The position numbers and the translations under genes were made by a program. A stretch of DNA of 62,192 nucleotides, the filler included, from an uncultured virus (IMG/VR IMGVR_UViG_2049941000_000870) (taxonomy: Duplodnaviria; Heunggongvirae; Uroviricota; Caudoviricetes). It is 18 parts of one record of this genome, joined end to end, with 100 filler letters (N's around TTAATTAATTAA, not from the genome) between each part and the next. Parts side by side here need not be neighbours in the genome. Positions count along the whole stretch, not along the records: positions 1 to 2,415 come from IMGVR_UViG_2049941000_000870; positions 2,516 to 5,062 come from IMGVR_UViG_2049941000_000870; positions 5,163 to 9,597 come from IMGVR_UViG_2049941000_000870; positions 9,698 to 20,397 come from IMGVR_UViG_2049941000_000870; 14 more parts are not named here. The stretch is one strand, 5' to 3'. The notes under the pieces are model-generated. The model searched no databases, was not told the origin of the DNA, and worked only from the letters and a program-made list of their open reading frames with translations. The first letter of the stretch is position 1. Each line of letters opens with the position of its first letter. Below, in pieces: positions 1 to 14,751 of the stretch.

Positions 1-563
1 TCAAATCAAATTTTCAAGACAATACTTGATAGCGGCTTCACAGACTTCCTCAGGTGAGCTGAAACCTTTGGGCGTTAAAGTCTCGTCTTCAACAAGCGCA
101 CATATTTCCTTGATGCAGGATTCGCCCGTCTCTGTGTTCGATATGCAAGCATAATAATCGGGATGAAAATCTTCGTGTTTTTCTATGTAACCGTTTTCAA
201 GCAGCCATATAGTTGTGTCACATATTGTTTCAATTGCGGTTTCGTATGTGAATTCAGTTGAAACATCTTTACTGAACATTGTCTGTCCATCGAAATCCCT
301 CTCATTGTCATTCTGTTTTATGCTTCCCGAATATCTGGCCATCCATCTCAACGGATATTTGTACCTTGGAGACAACTCAAAATTAAAACATGCATGATAC
401 AACAGCGAACTGTTTCTTTTCCCAACAAGTTTAGGAATCAGTTCAAGCAGTGTACCGAGCGACCAACATGGATACGCCTTTGTCATTGGTTCATAAATCG
501 GACTTACATATAAAGCCTTAAAATATTTTTCTAATTGAGTGACTCGATGAACGAGTCGCACAC
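1..563 (-). CDS. Hypothetical phage protein(s), partial
   Basis: Open frame with AYPCWSLGTLLELIP motif, truncated by gap. Confidence 0.5.
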
Positions 564-2459
564 NNNNNNNNNNNNNNNNNNNNNNNNNNNNNNNNNNNNN
601 NNNNNNNNNNNNNNNNNNNNNNNNNNNNNNNNNNNNNNNNNNNNNNNNNNNNNNNNNNNNNNNNNNNNNNNNNNNNNNNNNNNNNNNNNNNNNNNNNNNN
701 NNNNNNNNNNNNNNNNNNNNNNNNNNNNNNNNNNNNNNNNNNNNNNNNNNNNNNNNNNNNNNNNNNNNNNNNNNNNNNNNNNNNNNNNNNNNNNNNNNNN
801 NNNNNNNNNNNNNNNNNNNNNNNNNNNNNNNNNNNNNNNNNNNNNNNNNNNNNNNNNNNNNNNNNNNNNNNNNNNNNNNNNNNNNNNNNNNNNNNNNNNN
901 NNNNNNNNNNNNNNNNNNNNNNNNNNNNNNNNNNNNNNNNNNNNNNNNNNNNNNNNNNNNNNNNNNNNNNNNNNNNNNNNNNNNNNNNNNNNNNNNNNNN
1001 NNNNNNNNNNGATGGGCGTTGAGCCAATCAATAAGTCTTGAAGCATCATCTTCAAATACAACTTCTACGATTGGCGTAAATACTTGATATTGTTTTTTCT
1101 CTTCCTCCGTCATGTTGGACATCGGTCGGAGGTAAGGCTTTATTTTTGTTATTTTATTATAATGGAAAGCGTCAAGAAGCACATCACNNNNNNNNNNTTC
1201 CTCCTTTAGCTGCCTGATAAGTTCGTCACTTAAAGCGATAGACAGTCTTGCAATATTTTCGTCGGTATTGTTCTCAAAATATTGGTCTCTTGCTATTAGA
1301 GTACACATAACACTTTTAGCGGTCTCCCTTCTGAATGTCTCCCAGTCGAAGGTATTGTCGTCCGACTCTTCTATGATTGTCCACTCTCCGTCATTTGTGC
1401 TGGATATGCAAAGCAGACCTTCACTGTTTATATAGCNNNNNNNNNNNNNNNNNNNNNNNNNNNNNNNNNNNNNNNNNNNNNNNNNNNNNNNNNNNNNNNN
1501 NNNNNNNNNNNNNNNNNNNNNNNNNNNNNNNNNNNNNNNNNNNNNNNNNNNNNNNNNNNNNNNNNNNNNNNNNNNNNNNNNNNNNNNNNNNNNNNNNNNN
1601 NNNNNNNNNNNNNNNNNNNNNNNNNNNNNNNNNNNNNNNNNNNNNNNNNNNNNNNNNNNNNNNNNNNNNNNNNNNNNNNNNNNNNNNNNNNNNNNNNNNN
1701 NNNNNNNNNNNNNNNNNNNNNNNNNNNNNNNNNNNNNNNNNNNNNNNNNNNNNNNNNNNNNNNNNNNNNNNNNNNNNNNNNNNNNNNNNNNNNNNNNNNN
1801 NNNNNNNNNNNNNNNNNNNNNNNNNNNNNNNNNNNNNNNNNNNNNNNNNNNNNNNNNNNNNNNNNNNNNNNNNNNNNNNNNNNNNNNNNNNNNNNNNNNN
1901 NNNNNNNNNNNNNNNNNNNNNNNNNNNNNNNNNNNNNNNNNNNNNNNNNNNNNNNNNNNNNNNNNNNNNNNNNNNNNNNNNNNNNNNNNNNNNNNNNNNN
2001 NNNNNNNNNNNNNNNNNNNNNNNNNNNNNNNNNNNNNNNNNNNNNNNNNNNNNNNNNNNNNNNNNNNNNNNNNNNNNNNNNNNNNNNNNNNNNNNNNNNN
2101 NNNNNNNNNNNNNNNNNNNNNNNNNNNNNNNNNNNNNNNNNNNNNNNNNNNNNNNNNNNNNNNNNNNNNNNNNNNNNNNNNNNCCAAGCGCCATAATCAT
2201 TCCTCCATCGCTTTTCTGAAAGCATTTAAATCGACCACACATGTTTCTTTACCTGTTCTTGGGTGTATGATTGTACAATTCTTTTTAAGCCACTCGCACG
2301 CCTTCTCAATCGTTTGCTGTTTTATTATTTCAGCTTCGTTCTGTTTTTTGAAAAAATTAGCCAATTCCTCGCCTCCTTCCTAATTATAGACTAAATAAAC
2401 ATTTCTTATGTCTTANNNNNNNNNNNNNNNNNNNNNNNNNNNNNNNNNNNNNNNNNNNN

Positions 2460-2471
2460 TTAATTAATTAA
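2460..2471. other. Artificial scaffold linker TTAATTAATTAA (representative copy; recurs many times flanked by N runs)
   Basis: Identical 12-mer always embedded in N runs, e.g. 5107, 9642, 20442, 21766, 26939, 33551, 41747, 53980. Confidence 0.95.
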
Positions 2472-2704
2472 NNNNNNNNNNNNNNNNNNNNNNNNNNNNN
2501 NNNNNNNNNNNNNNNATTTAGAGTATACTCGGCAAGCAAGTAATCAGGAGTGTTTAATTCTGTGTCTATTCCAAGAAGATTGTATAATACTTCTAATCTT
2601 GTAAGGAGTATTTCTCTTTTTTTTGAATCTATTACACCATACAGCAATGGAGACACATTTCTGTTTTTTAAGTTAATTTCATTATCCATATCTTTGTTAT
2701 TATG

Positions 2705-3127
2705 TTACATAACCACGTCCATCTCGTACCCGCACAGTCTCAACAGCTGCTGGAACTGATGCACATACTTGACATCGCAACGACCTATTGTGTCATAATC
2801 CTCGTTGTCAACATGAACATACCAGTAGCCGTCACCGCTGTTGTTCACATCGGTAATTTGTATGCGCTTGTCATCGCTCTCAAAGAGCAAATTAGGTTCC
2901 AAGTAGTCATAATCAACTTTTTTGAAGCCGTTCTTCTCAAAGAACTCTTCGGTCAGCGGTATCGGCTCAAGGTCTCTACCAAGACATGGCTTACAACTGC
3001 AATTCAAATATTGGTCGCCATATTCATCGTGTCCGTGAACAAAAAAATCGTATGGCGTAATACAAATATTTTCCTTGTGGAATGTATTGTACACCCAATC
3101 TCCAATCATCAATTCGTCTGGTTTCAT
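2705..3127 (-). CDS. Hypothetical phage protein (MIGDWV...LEPIPLTEEFFEKNGF...YVHQFQ type)
   Basis: Complete 140 aa ORF. Confidence 0.65.
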   Translation of the reverse strand: MKPDELMIGDWVYNTFHKENICITPYDFFVHGHDEYGDQYLNCSCKPCLGRDLEPIPLTEEFFEKNGFKKVDYDYLEPNLLFESDDKRIQITDVNNSGDGYWYVHVDNEDYDTIGRCDVKYVHQFQQLLRLCGYEMDVVM

Positions 3128-3360
3128 TTTTCCTCGTTTTTTGGTGTTTCTTTGTGTTCTTTTTTGTACATTCCTTCTAGTGCTTCCAATGCCAACCCCA
3201 TTGGAATCAAGCCACGATAATCAAACATGTTCTTATTAAGCCAATCTTGCAAACATGACATGAAATGGCAGCATGTTTCTGGTTTCACCAGCCAATCGTC
3301 AATCATGTGGTCGGATAAATTCAAAAATGTTTCTTNNNNNNNNNNNNNNNNNNNNNNNNG

Positions 3361-4091
3361 GATTTATTTTGTAGCCGTCTTCGTGTATGTACTCGGTCAC
3401 GGCTTTGTTGAAATCCTCGAAAGTCGGGTAATGTTCTTTCCTGACTTTGTAGATGCAGCAGTCTGACACGTCCCAGTCGAGCCACACCATATAGTAATGC
3501 CTGAAATCGCGCTCGTCGTATCCTGTGACAATCACGTCGTCTATGCAGTATTTCCTGTAATTCGTGTGTATCCAGTCCTTGTCTGGGACCTCTTCCAGTG
3601 CCTTTATGTTGTCGAAATAAGGTTTCAGGCTGGGGTCGGAATCTGGAAGGTGGCTCGTGTACGAGTCGAGGTGCTCGTCCAAGGAGTACCTCGCTATCAT
3701 ATAGCAGGTCTTTTTGTCAAGCGTGTTGAGGAAGCCCTCCGCGAACACATGGTTGAGATAGACATATCCGAAATCTGGTTTCATGTTGGTCAGGTCCTCG
3801 CAGGTCGGGAACTCCACAATTTCAAGTATATCCGACAGCTTTTCAAGCGGGGAGTCCTGTTTCTGGGATTCGCTTTCTGGTGTGCCTGACTTTCCTTCTG
3901 GAAGCAAATCGTGAACAGCCCCCACCCAGCCGCATTCGCATCTGACCGTGTTCCTGTCCTTGTATTCTTTTGCTTTTGACAGGTTTGGGATGAACCCGAC
4001 AAGGCTCGACAGGTGCTTTCCACCCCCGCATTGCGGGCAGACCCTGTGTTCCTTCCCGTAATCCGAAAAAAAATCGTCGATGTTTGTGTAT
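3361..4091 (-). CDS. Hypothetical protein with N-terminal Zn-ribbon, partial
   Basis: CPQC...CECGW followed by an acidic domain in one frame. Confidence 0.5.
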
Positions 4092-5410
4092 NNNNNNNNN
4101 NNNNNNNNNNNNNNNNNNNNNNNNNNNNNNNNNNNNNNNNNNNNNNNNNNNNNNNNNNNNNNNNNNNNNNNNNNNNNNNNNNNNNNNNNNNNNNNNNNNN
4201 NNNNNNNNNNNNNNNNNNNNNNNNNNNNNNNNNNNNNNNNNNNNNNNNNNNNNNNNNNNNNNNNNNNNNNNNNNNNNNNNNNNNNNNNNNNNNNNNNNNN
4301 NNNNNNNNNNNNNNNNNNNNNNNNNNNNNNNNNNNNNNNNNNNNNNNNNNNNNNNNNNNNNNNNNNNNNNNNNNNNNNNNNNNNNNNNNNNNNNNNNNNN
4401 NNNNNNNNNNNNNNNNNNNNNNNNNNNNNNNNNNNNNNNNNNNNNNNNNNNNNNNNNNNNNNNNNNNNNNNNNNNNNNNNNNNNNNNNNNNNNNNNNNNN
4501 NNNNNNNNNNNNNNNNNNNNNNNNNNNNNNNNNNNNNNNNNNNNNNNNNNNNNNNNNNNNNNNNNNNNNNNNNNNNNNNNNNNNNNNNNNNNNNNNNNNN
4601 NNNNNNNNNNNNNNNNNNNNNNNNNNNNNNNNNNNNNNNNNNNNNNNNNNNNNNNNNNNNNNNNNNNNNNNNNNNNNNNNNNNNNNNNNNNNNNNNNNNN
4701 NNNNNNNNNNNNNNNNNNNNNNNNNNNNNNNNNNNNNNNNNNNNAATTTTGGTAATTGCCTATGTTTTTCTTTAACCATTTGCACGCTTTGCCAATCATC
4801 GTTTTGTCAGCCCATTTTGCACCTTCGATGAAACAATTACATTCTAATGGCGATGAACCAATGGCATATCTACTATATGCAACCTGTTTCATTTGTTCTT
4901 TTCTTTTCATATCAATAACAAATTATTTATTTAATAGAATCATTGGAACACGGACAATCAGGGTTGTGGACAATACCACAACGACCGCCATGCGAGGCGA
5001 TAATGTCAAACTGGATATAGTCGTGACCCTTGTATTTGAACTCTTTGACAGACCCCACCTTTNNNNNNNNNNNNNNNNNNNNNNNNNNNNNNNNNNNNNN
5101 NNNNNNTTAATTAATTAANNNNNNNNNNNNNNNNNNNNNNNNNNNNNNNNNNNNNNNNNNNNAAGGCTACGAGCTGGATTCAAGGATAGCCGACATAAAC
5201 AAGAAAAAGGCGGACAACAAGAAGGCGAAACTCATCGCCGCATTCGTCTTCAGGACCGACGGGAAGACCGAGCTAACGCTGACATCGCACCAGGACGTGC
5301 TGGACAGGCTCTACCTGAGGAACACGGACCCAGAATGGGGGGCCAGCAGGTACGGGACCGTGTCCAAGATTGTCTATTCCAGGGACCCGAACCTCATAGA
5401 NNNNNNNNNN

Positions 5411-6798
5411 TCTTCGGCAAGTACGACTTCATCGGCGACTACAAACACACGGTCATGTTCCCCGAGGACGGGTTAAACGAGTCACTCATCAGGGAGCAGT
5501 CGTTCAACGACATGTTCGAGGACATATACTGCGACTACGGCGAGGAAGCGCTTTTATGGGAATTCCTTGACGACAAGGAACATGGCGTGAAAACCAAGAA
5601 ATGGGACCTGATTCCAGCACAGCAGTACGGAACATTACTGCAAAGGTACATGTCGGCGCCTACGCCAGAGGCCGCGAGGATTCCAGCCAGTGTGGTCGAC
5701 GGATGGTTCAGGACGGTCGTCAGGAACGCACTGGCCATACAGCACATAACGGCGTTCGCTGGACATTCCAGTTGGTTTCCTTCGGATGCATGCGAGAATG
5801 TGTTCGGCGAAGACAAGGACTGGGATTACGGCGATGCATGGCGATACCTGGAGGAAATAGGCTTCTACGACTGGTGCAAGTTGCCAGACGGAAGCGATGC
5901 GTGGAGCGACTACGGGCTCGAGCCGATATTCAGACTGCTCCGAACATACGATTCGTCAGACGACCCGAGCGAGACGCTCCTTCTAATAAACAGGGTTCTG
6001 GACATAACGCACTGCAGGGGCGACCTTGCGTCGGCGTTCATCGAGGGCGGCTCAAGGACATGCTCCCAGATATCTGGAATATTGCGTGAAAGTTACGGAG
6101 ACGGAAACCAGGAAAACGTCGGGTACCATGGAGGCGACCTCGGAAAGTCCGAACACTTCGCCTCTTACGCCACATCGAACAGGGGGACTGGGCATTTCGG
6201 CACAGGGACCTATTTTGTCGGGGACGAGAAACAACTGAATACGGGAAGCTACAAGGACAGGCCGAGGCACAAGGTTGACTTCTCACCGTACAACCTGGTG
6301 AAAATCACGGACTTCAGGACTGGCCTCACATTCCACGACGCCCTCATGGATGTCAACAACAAGTTCTTCCAGCAGTTCGTGCATGAAGGGAAGGTTGACA
6401 AGAAGGGGCTTCTTGAGGACTGCAAAGTGATTGCCGTGTTCCTGTTCAAGGATTTCGAGGACCTGGACGACCTGCGGGACAAGACCAAAATCGTCTACAA
6501 CAAAGTCATGGAGTTGTATGAGGAGTATCTTCCTGAATATCATAGGGTTGTCAACTACGGTAAATCGGACAGAAGGACGATTTCAACTGAACTGATTTCC
6601 TCGTTCGGTTATGACGGTGTGGACTGCCGCTCGTGCCCAGACATGGACAACACGATGTTCGGCAGCGTGATATATAATCTGAAAGACAACACAAACAAAC
6701 TGATGGAGAGAAAGAACGACAAGGGCGGGAACGTGCCCGAGAAATGCACGAAATGCGGCGGCAAGGTCGCCGTGCAGATAAAAGGCGAGCCAGTGTAG
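5411..6798 (+). CDS. Multidomain phage protein with ADP-ribosyltransferase-like (ART-PolyVal-type) C-terminal domain
   Basis: GYHGG...GHFGTGTYF...GYDGV motif pattern. Confidence 0.55.
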
Positions 6799-6849
6799 CC
6801 ACACCATATANNNNNNNNNNTAATCCGCGAGTCGAACGAAAAGCGCAAG

Positions 6850-7176
6850 ATGGCCAACAGGATATACAAGGCGACGCGGGAGCTGACCTCGCACAGCTAC
6901 AGCGACGACGCATGGCAGGGCGTCTCGGCCGTGTGCTCAGCCATAGAGGATATCGGTTACGACGTTGAGCTGACTGTCAGGGACGGCGGATACAGGAACT
7001 CGCTTGGCGGAAACACACTGCACACTGGCCGTCCAGACGTGTCGTACTGGAAGGAATACCTCCTCACCATAACCTCGCCAGACGGTACGGCTGTCAACGG
7101 GCACCTAAACTGCCACGCGGCTGGAAGCGTGGGAGACCCGTTCGACAGGTACGACATGTCACTTGTGCTGTACTAG
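6850..7176 (+). CDS. Hypothetical protein
   Basis: Complete 108 aa ORF. Confidence 0.6.
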   Translation: MANRIYKATRELTSHSYSDDAWQGVSAVCSAIEDIGYDVELTVRDGGYRNSLGGNTLHTGRPDVSYWKEYLLTITSPDGTAVNGHLNCHAAGSVGDPFDRYDMSLVLY

Positions 7177-7266
7177 CCGAAAACACATTCCTCCAAAAAA
7201 AAAAGAATATCGGGTAAAGAAACAAATCTCCACCCAATATTTTATTGTATATCAATAAGTTATAAT

Positions 7267-7925
7267 CTAATTGCAGTCATACATGTACAGGCGTCCGTCG
7301 ATGAGCATGAAGTACAGCGGGTCGTTCCCGCGCCTGTCCAGCACCCATACGCCATAGTCGTCGGCTTGCAGGCTCTGGTATTTCCTGCCCACCTTCACCC
7401 TGGCCAGTGTCCTGTCGTATTCGTCGGTGACGGCGAAATAAGTGTCGCCAGTGTAGGCTTCCCTGTACAGGGAGAAGACCATGTTGTCCGCTATGATATA
7501 GTCGATGAGGATGTTTGAAGGTGTCCATGTGTTGACCCTGGCTATGAGAACTGGCCTGTCAAGGTATCCGTACCTGTGCATGTACCCCCAGTATCCGTGC
7601 CATATCATACCTCCGTACACCCAGTCAATCCCCTTGTGGTACCGCATGTGTATCGGCCTGTGGTGAATCGGGTGGTGCATCGGAGGCCTAGGATGGAAAC
7701 CATGCGGCACTGGCCTGACATGGCCGAACGACGGCCCGCCTGGGTGTCCGTTCCACTCGCCTGGATGCCCGTCGCCTGGCTTGTCTGGATGCGCCCCCTG
7801 GTTATATCCCCTCTTGTCGGTGTCTGGCTGGCGCGCCTGTCCCTCGCGCGGCTTTTCTGGCACCTTGTACCCGTCTGGCATGTCCGACCTCCTGTCCGAA
7901 GCCTGCGGCTGCGCGGCTGGCCTTG
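7267..7925 (-). CDS. Pro/His/Gly-rich protein, C-terminal part (possibly continuing from 10100-10456)
   Basis: Low-complexity linker followed by an aromatic globular domain. Confidence 0.55.
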
Positions 7926-8926
7926 NNNNNNNNNNCCATGCCAGTATCTGTATTGACATCGTGAACACACCCTGTCATAATGGTGAATAACGCTAAAAAC
8001 AATAACTTTTTCATGTCTCTCACAAATTACAAAAATACAACATCCTTGAACTCTTCTTTATTTTGGCTATAGCGTAAATGTTTCGACTACGATGCCGTAN
8101 NNNNNNNNNATATTGTCATTGCTTAACCTGTTATGTACCCCCCCAATTCAAATTCCTGGGGGATGAATCAATACCTTCAACTGACAGTGACTCCATTAAC
8201 TTTGTTTCCAACACCGCTGACCTGTCAAGCATGAAATCTCTCGCTTCCCGGACGGACATCCCCTTCACTTCTGGATATATGTCACATATGTCCGTGAGAG
8301 TGTCGTAGAATGAAGCAGCCCTTGCCTGGTTCATGAAGTCTTCCTTTATCAAATAGAAATCACTTTTATCCATCGTCTTTGTTTTTATGCTTGTTATTCT
8401 ACATACCATAAACTCTTGGTATCTGCTTCTTGGCATCGTCAAGCGATGAATTTTCGTCAATAGTGGCAATATGTTCCCAACCGAACACAAACCANNNNNN
8501 NNNNNNNNNNNNNNNNNNNNNNNNNNNNNNNNNNNNNNNNNNNNNNNNNNNNNNNNNNNNNNNNNNNNNNNNNNNNNNNNNNNNNNNNNNNNNNNNNNNN
8601 NNNNNNNNNNNNNNNNNNNNNNNNNNNNNNNNNNNNNNNNNNNNNNNNNNNNNNNNNNNNNNNNNNNNNNNNNNNNNNNNNNNNNNNNNNNNNNNNNNNN
8701 NNNNNNNNNNNNNNNNNNNNNNNNNNNNNNNNNNNNNNNNNNNNNNNNNNNNNNNNNNNNNNNNNNNNNNNNNNNNNNNNNNNNNNNNNNNNNNNNNNNN
8801 NNNNNNNNNNNNNNNNNNNNNNNNNNNNNNNNNNNNNNNNNNNNNNNNNNNNNNNNNNNNNNNNNNNNNNNNNNNNNNNNNNNNNNNNNNNNNNNNNNNN
8901 NNNNNNNNNNNNNNNNNNNNNNNNNN

Positions 8927-9190
8927 AGGTTCTCCCGTATACACGGGATGGAAAACGATGGGTCACGAGGGACAACTTTGTCGCGACGTGCCGTCCGACA
9001 ATCCAGATGAACGGAAACTATTCTGGGACGGAGTACTCGCTGCTGTCCACACTCGTGCACGAAATGTGCCACTATGCTACTGACATGGACGGGATATTCC
9101 CAGCCAGGCACCACGGGCCCCAGTTCATGCGGTGGGCTTATGTTGTGTCGGAACGCTCTGGCGGGATATTTTCAGGCGCTCGTCGTATCC
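8927..9190 (+). CDS. SprT-like zinc metalloprotease, fragment
   Basis: STLVHEMCHY...RHHGPQFMRW. Confidence 0.75.
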
Positions 9191-9200
9191 NNNNNNNNNN

Positions 9201-9544
9201 CCGTATTGCATGGCAAGCCTGGTCTGGAACGACGACTGGCAGGTCCTGGACAGCTGTGTCAATATCCTGTCGCGAAGGCCCTCGATGTCCTCGATACCCT
9301 TGTAGAAGTTGCAGGCGCGGCACGAAGGCATAAGATTGTCAATGTTGTCAATGGAGCCATCGGATATCATCTGGCCAGCCATGTCCCTCTCCTCCTTCGG
9401 CCCGTATACAGCCCTCGCATAAGCCGTAACATGGTCAACCTGCATGTCCTTCAGTTCGATTTCCTTTCCGCAGTATGCGCAATGACCGTTGTATTTGGCA
9501 TAGACCTCAGCCCTTTTCTCCTTGCTTAGCCTGTTCCGTTTCAT
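9201..9544 (-). CDS. HNH endonuclease, partial
   Basis: CAYCG...VDH...NLMPSCRACN. Confidence 0.85.
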
Positions 9545-9697
9545 TGTCGTAATTTCTTTCTATTTCATACACACCGTAATCATCCCTATAAAGCTTGNNN
9601 NNNNNNNNNNNNNNNNNNNNNNNNNNNNNNNNNNNNNNNNNTTAATTAATTAANNNNNNNNNNNNNNNNNNNNNNNNNNNNNNNNNNNNNNNNNNNN

Positions 9698-10028
9698 AGC
9701 TTTCATCCGAAGCGAGCCACAGTGCAGGCCACAGCTTCCTTCCGTACGGAAGCCTCATGTCCCATTCGAAGGTCCCGTACTTGAACTCCTTGGTCGACCT
9801 GACCGAGGCGCGGCCCCACGGCTTGGTAATCTCGTTGCCGTTGTCGTCGATGAACGTCCTGGGTTTCTTGTTTATTTTCAGTATGAGCGTGCCGTCCTCG
9901 GTTATCTCATATGCCTCCTGGTCGAACCAGGTGATAGGGTCCAGCGGGTGCGTCTCACCCCACAGCGGCCTGGCAATCCAGTCGTATCCGCACCAGTTGA
10001 ATGTCTTTATTCCGTGCCATTCTCCCAT
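9698..10028 (-). CDS. Glycoside hydrolase family 16-like, N-terminal part
   Basis: FKYGTFEWDMRLP...LWPALWL, the motif that precedes the GH16 catalytic ExDxxE (which falls in the gap). Confidence 0.7.
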
Positions 10029-10099
10029 TTTGGTTTTAGTTTTTTTTTTGTTTATTGCCTTGTGTTTTAACGTTGTCCGTTGTATTATANNNNNNNNNN

Positions 10100-10456
10100 C
10101 GAGTAGTCTGGCCTGCTGGACTCGGCCCTTGTCACCGTGCCGTCTGGGTGCCTGGTTACCGTGACGGTCTTCGACGGATGTGCCGACGGCCTCTGGGGCT
10201 GGCTTTGCGGAGGCCGCCTGGTTGACGGCTGGGCCGTTGCCGAAGGTCTCGGCTGCTGCGTCCTGGACACGCTGGTCTGGGTCCTTCCGTACTGGGCCGA
10301 CGGCTGGGTCCTTGCAGGCATGGCCTGCCTTGAAACCGATGCGCCGCCCTGCCTTGAGGTTTGCGTCCTTGTCGGCTGCTGCGTTCCTCCGACCCTCTGG
10401 GCCGACGCCGCCAAAACCGCTGCGACTGTGATTATTGTAAGTATGAACCTTCTCAT
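10100..10456 (-). CDS. Signal-peptide, S/T/Q/P-rich protein, N-terminal part
   Basis: MRRFILTIITVAAVLAASAQ signal peptide. Confidence 0.6.
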
Positions 10457-10916
10457 CTTTCCCGTGTTTTTAATTCGCTATATCAGATAGACCTCTGGTT
10501 GCGTCCGAAATTTAAGCCATTAACCCAAAACTAGCGTTCGGCCCGCCGATTCTGACGTCATCCTCTGGCACACCGTCGTCAAGTCCTCTTATGCTGGCTA
10601 TCACAATGTCCTGCACTGCGTCCCACGCCTCGGCGTATGTCACCTCCTGTCTCATTATGAGGTTGCACAGTGCCTTGAATTGTCTCGGCACTGCAATCCG
10701 TTTTTCCGTTTTTCCATTCATATGTCAGCTGTTTTTGTTCTCGTTCATGTCACTGTCCCAGCAGTAGCTGCCAGCCTCGCAGTCATAGCACAAGCGGCAG
10801 CACCCGACAAGCGACTCATGGTATTCCGCCGTCACGCAGGGCCCTGCCGTAACGGTCTGGACCCAGTTGTCCTGGCCTTCAGTCGGCGCGCTGTATGTCG
10901 TGTTCCACATGCTGTC

Positions 10917-11275
10917 CTACCTTGAAGCTTTGTTATTCCCTTCCAGTGGTGTGTATTTGAAGTTCCTCACGGCCATCTCGATGCCGTTGTGCATGTACTC
11001 GTCGTACATTTCGTCCGTGAACCCTTTCTGCGGCCCTGTCGACATTATCGGGTGCATGGACACCATGTTCATGTGCCTTATGGCCTCCGCGTTCGTGTAC
11101 CTGTTCACCTTGTGGTTGTTGTACCATATGTCGATGTAGTCTGGGGTCCAGACAACCTTGTAGTGGTCGAAGTTCCTTCCACCCTTGAGCCACCAGCGCA
11201 GAGTGTTGAACTTCGGCTCGTCTTTATGTTCACCGTTCTTGCTGTCACAATTTCCAGACCAATGTATTGTCGGGT
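10917..11275 (-). CDS. GH16-like, C-terminal part (misplaced contig)
   Basis: TIHW...FDHYKVVWTPDYIDIWYNN. Confidence 0.65.
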
Positions 11276-11285
11276 NNNNNNNNNN

Positions 11286-12911
11286 TTCGGACATCACCTG
11301 GTTGTAGACATCGCCGCAGCCGACCAGTTCGGCAAGCTGCCGCCCGCTTATCTGGCCTGGGGCAAACAATGCCTCTGTCATGTTTTCGTTGAGTGCCCCA
11401 GCGTCCGAACCAGAGGCCCTGGCCATTATCCACATGTATATTGTGTTGGCCAGTTTGGCCACCGTGTCGAACACGGCGATTGCATTGTCCTTGTCAAGGC
11501 CCCATATACCGACATAGTTGATGTTTGTCTTCATGTTGTAGCCCAGGAATTTCATCACAATCCAGGCGCACAGCTCGGCCTGCTGCTCGACCTTACCCCT
11601 TCCTTCGGACGTTCCGACGAAATATTGCGCCATATCCTCGTTTTTCGATTTTAGATAGGTCTGGTGGAGAAGCTCATGCGAGAACTCGTGTATCATCGTG
11701 TTCAGCATTCCAGCGTTTTTCCTGGCTCCGCCGAGCAGGTCTATACTGCCAGATTTCGACACACCCCTGGCGCCTCCGAGGTCGTCCACGTAGTTTATGG
11801 CGACCCCGCTGTCCTCGATGACCGACCTCATGGCTTCTATGTACCTCACTGTGCCGTCGGTCTCGTCCTCGTCGCTGAACCATTGGATGTTGTCCGTGTT
11901 CGGGTTTCCTACAAGGTCCTCTTTTCCGTCCATCTGGGTTGTGAACCTGTAGTCGAAGAAGTTCGGCATGAGCTCGAATGATGATGGTTTTGTCCTCCTC
12001 ATAAGGACCTTTAGTTCGTCGCGCTCGCCTGGGTACAGTTCGCTCTCGCTTTTCCTCTTGGCTTTGAGGTATCTGGCTTTCACAGCTTCCTGTTCATCCC
12101 TCGTGTAGGCCCGTTTGCCCTTCGGGACCCACATCCATATGGACGGAGCGTCTGGCTGGATGTCCCTGTTCATGTCACGCCACCTGCTCCTTGACTTGAC
12201 CATGGTGGCCTCTGGGTCCTGAATCCATATCAGGATTGAGTTGCCCCAGGAATAGTTGTAGCCCTGTGCCCTCTTGAATTTGACAATCGGGCTGATTAGA
12301 CGCTCGAATTCCTCGCTGCTGACACATGACACAAGCTCTTCCTTGAACCTCTTAAGTCTTTCCTCCACTTCCTCGGAACTGCCGACCATCGGCTGGTTTG
12401 CGGTGTCCGTCCTTGTAACTTCGCTGCCGCCAGCCCCGTGTATTTCGGATATGAGCCTGTCTATTATGGCNNNNNNNNNNNNNNNNNNNNNNNNNNNNNN
12501 NNNNNNNNNNNNNNNNNNNNNNNNNNNNNNNNNNNNNNNNNNNNNNNNNNNNNNNNNNNNNNNNNNNNNNNNNNNNNNNNNNNNNNNNNNNNNNNNNNNN
12601 NNNNNNNNNNNNNNNNNNNNNNNNNNNNNNNNNNCCTTGTCATAATCGGTTTCATCCTTTGTTACGGTTCTTAAATATTCGATGCACGGACCTATATAGT
12701 TCCTGTAAACAGAGTCGTCACGGCCGACAAACCAGCCCCACGCCCTTATACTGTTCAACCATACGCCCTTGTATTTGTTTTTGATTACGTCTTTATACGG
12801 GAAGGTGTTCTCGGATTCCTGCGGGTCTATGTACGCGATGTCTATAAGGGTTCCGTCTCTCTTCCTGAACTTTCCGTTTTTAATCCTGAAGCTTTCGGCA
12901 AGCAATTCCAT
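11286..12911 (-). CDS. ArdC-like ssDNA-binding domain plus HExxH zincin metallopeptidase (gapped)
   Basis: YSWGNSILIWIQDPEAT..W; TMIHEFSHELLH...EQQAE. Confidence 0.75.
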
Positions 12912-12953
12912 TATGCAGCTTTATACATTGTTATTAATAATAAATATTGTTAA

Positions 12954-14741
<1,788 letters not shown>

Positions 14742-14751
14742 NNNNNNNNNN

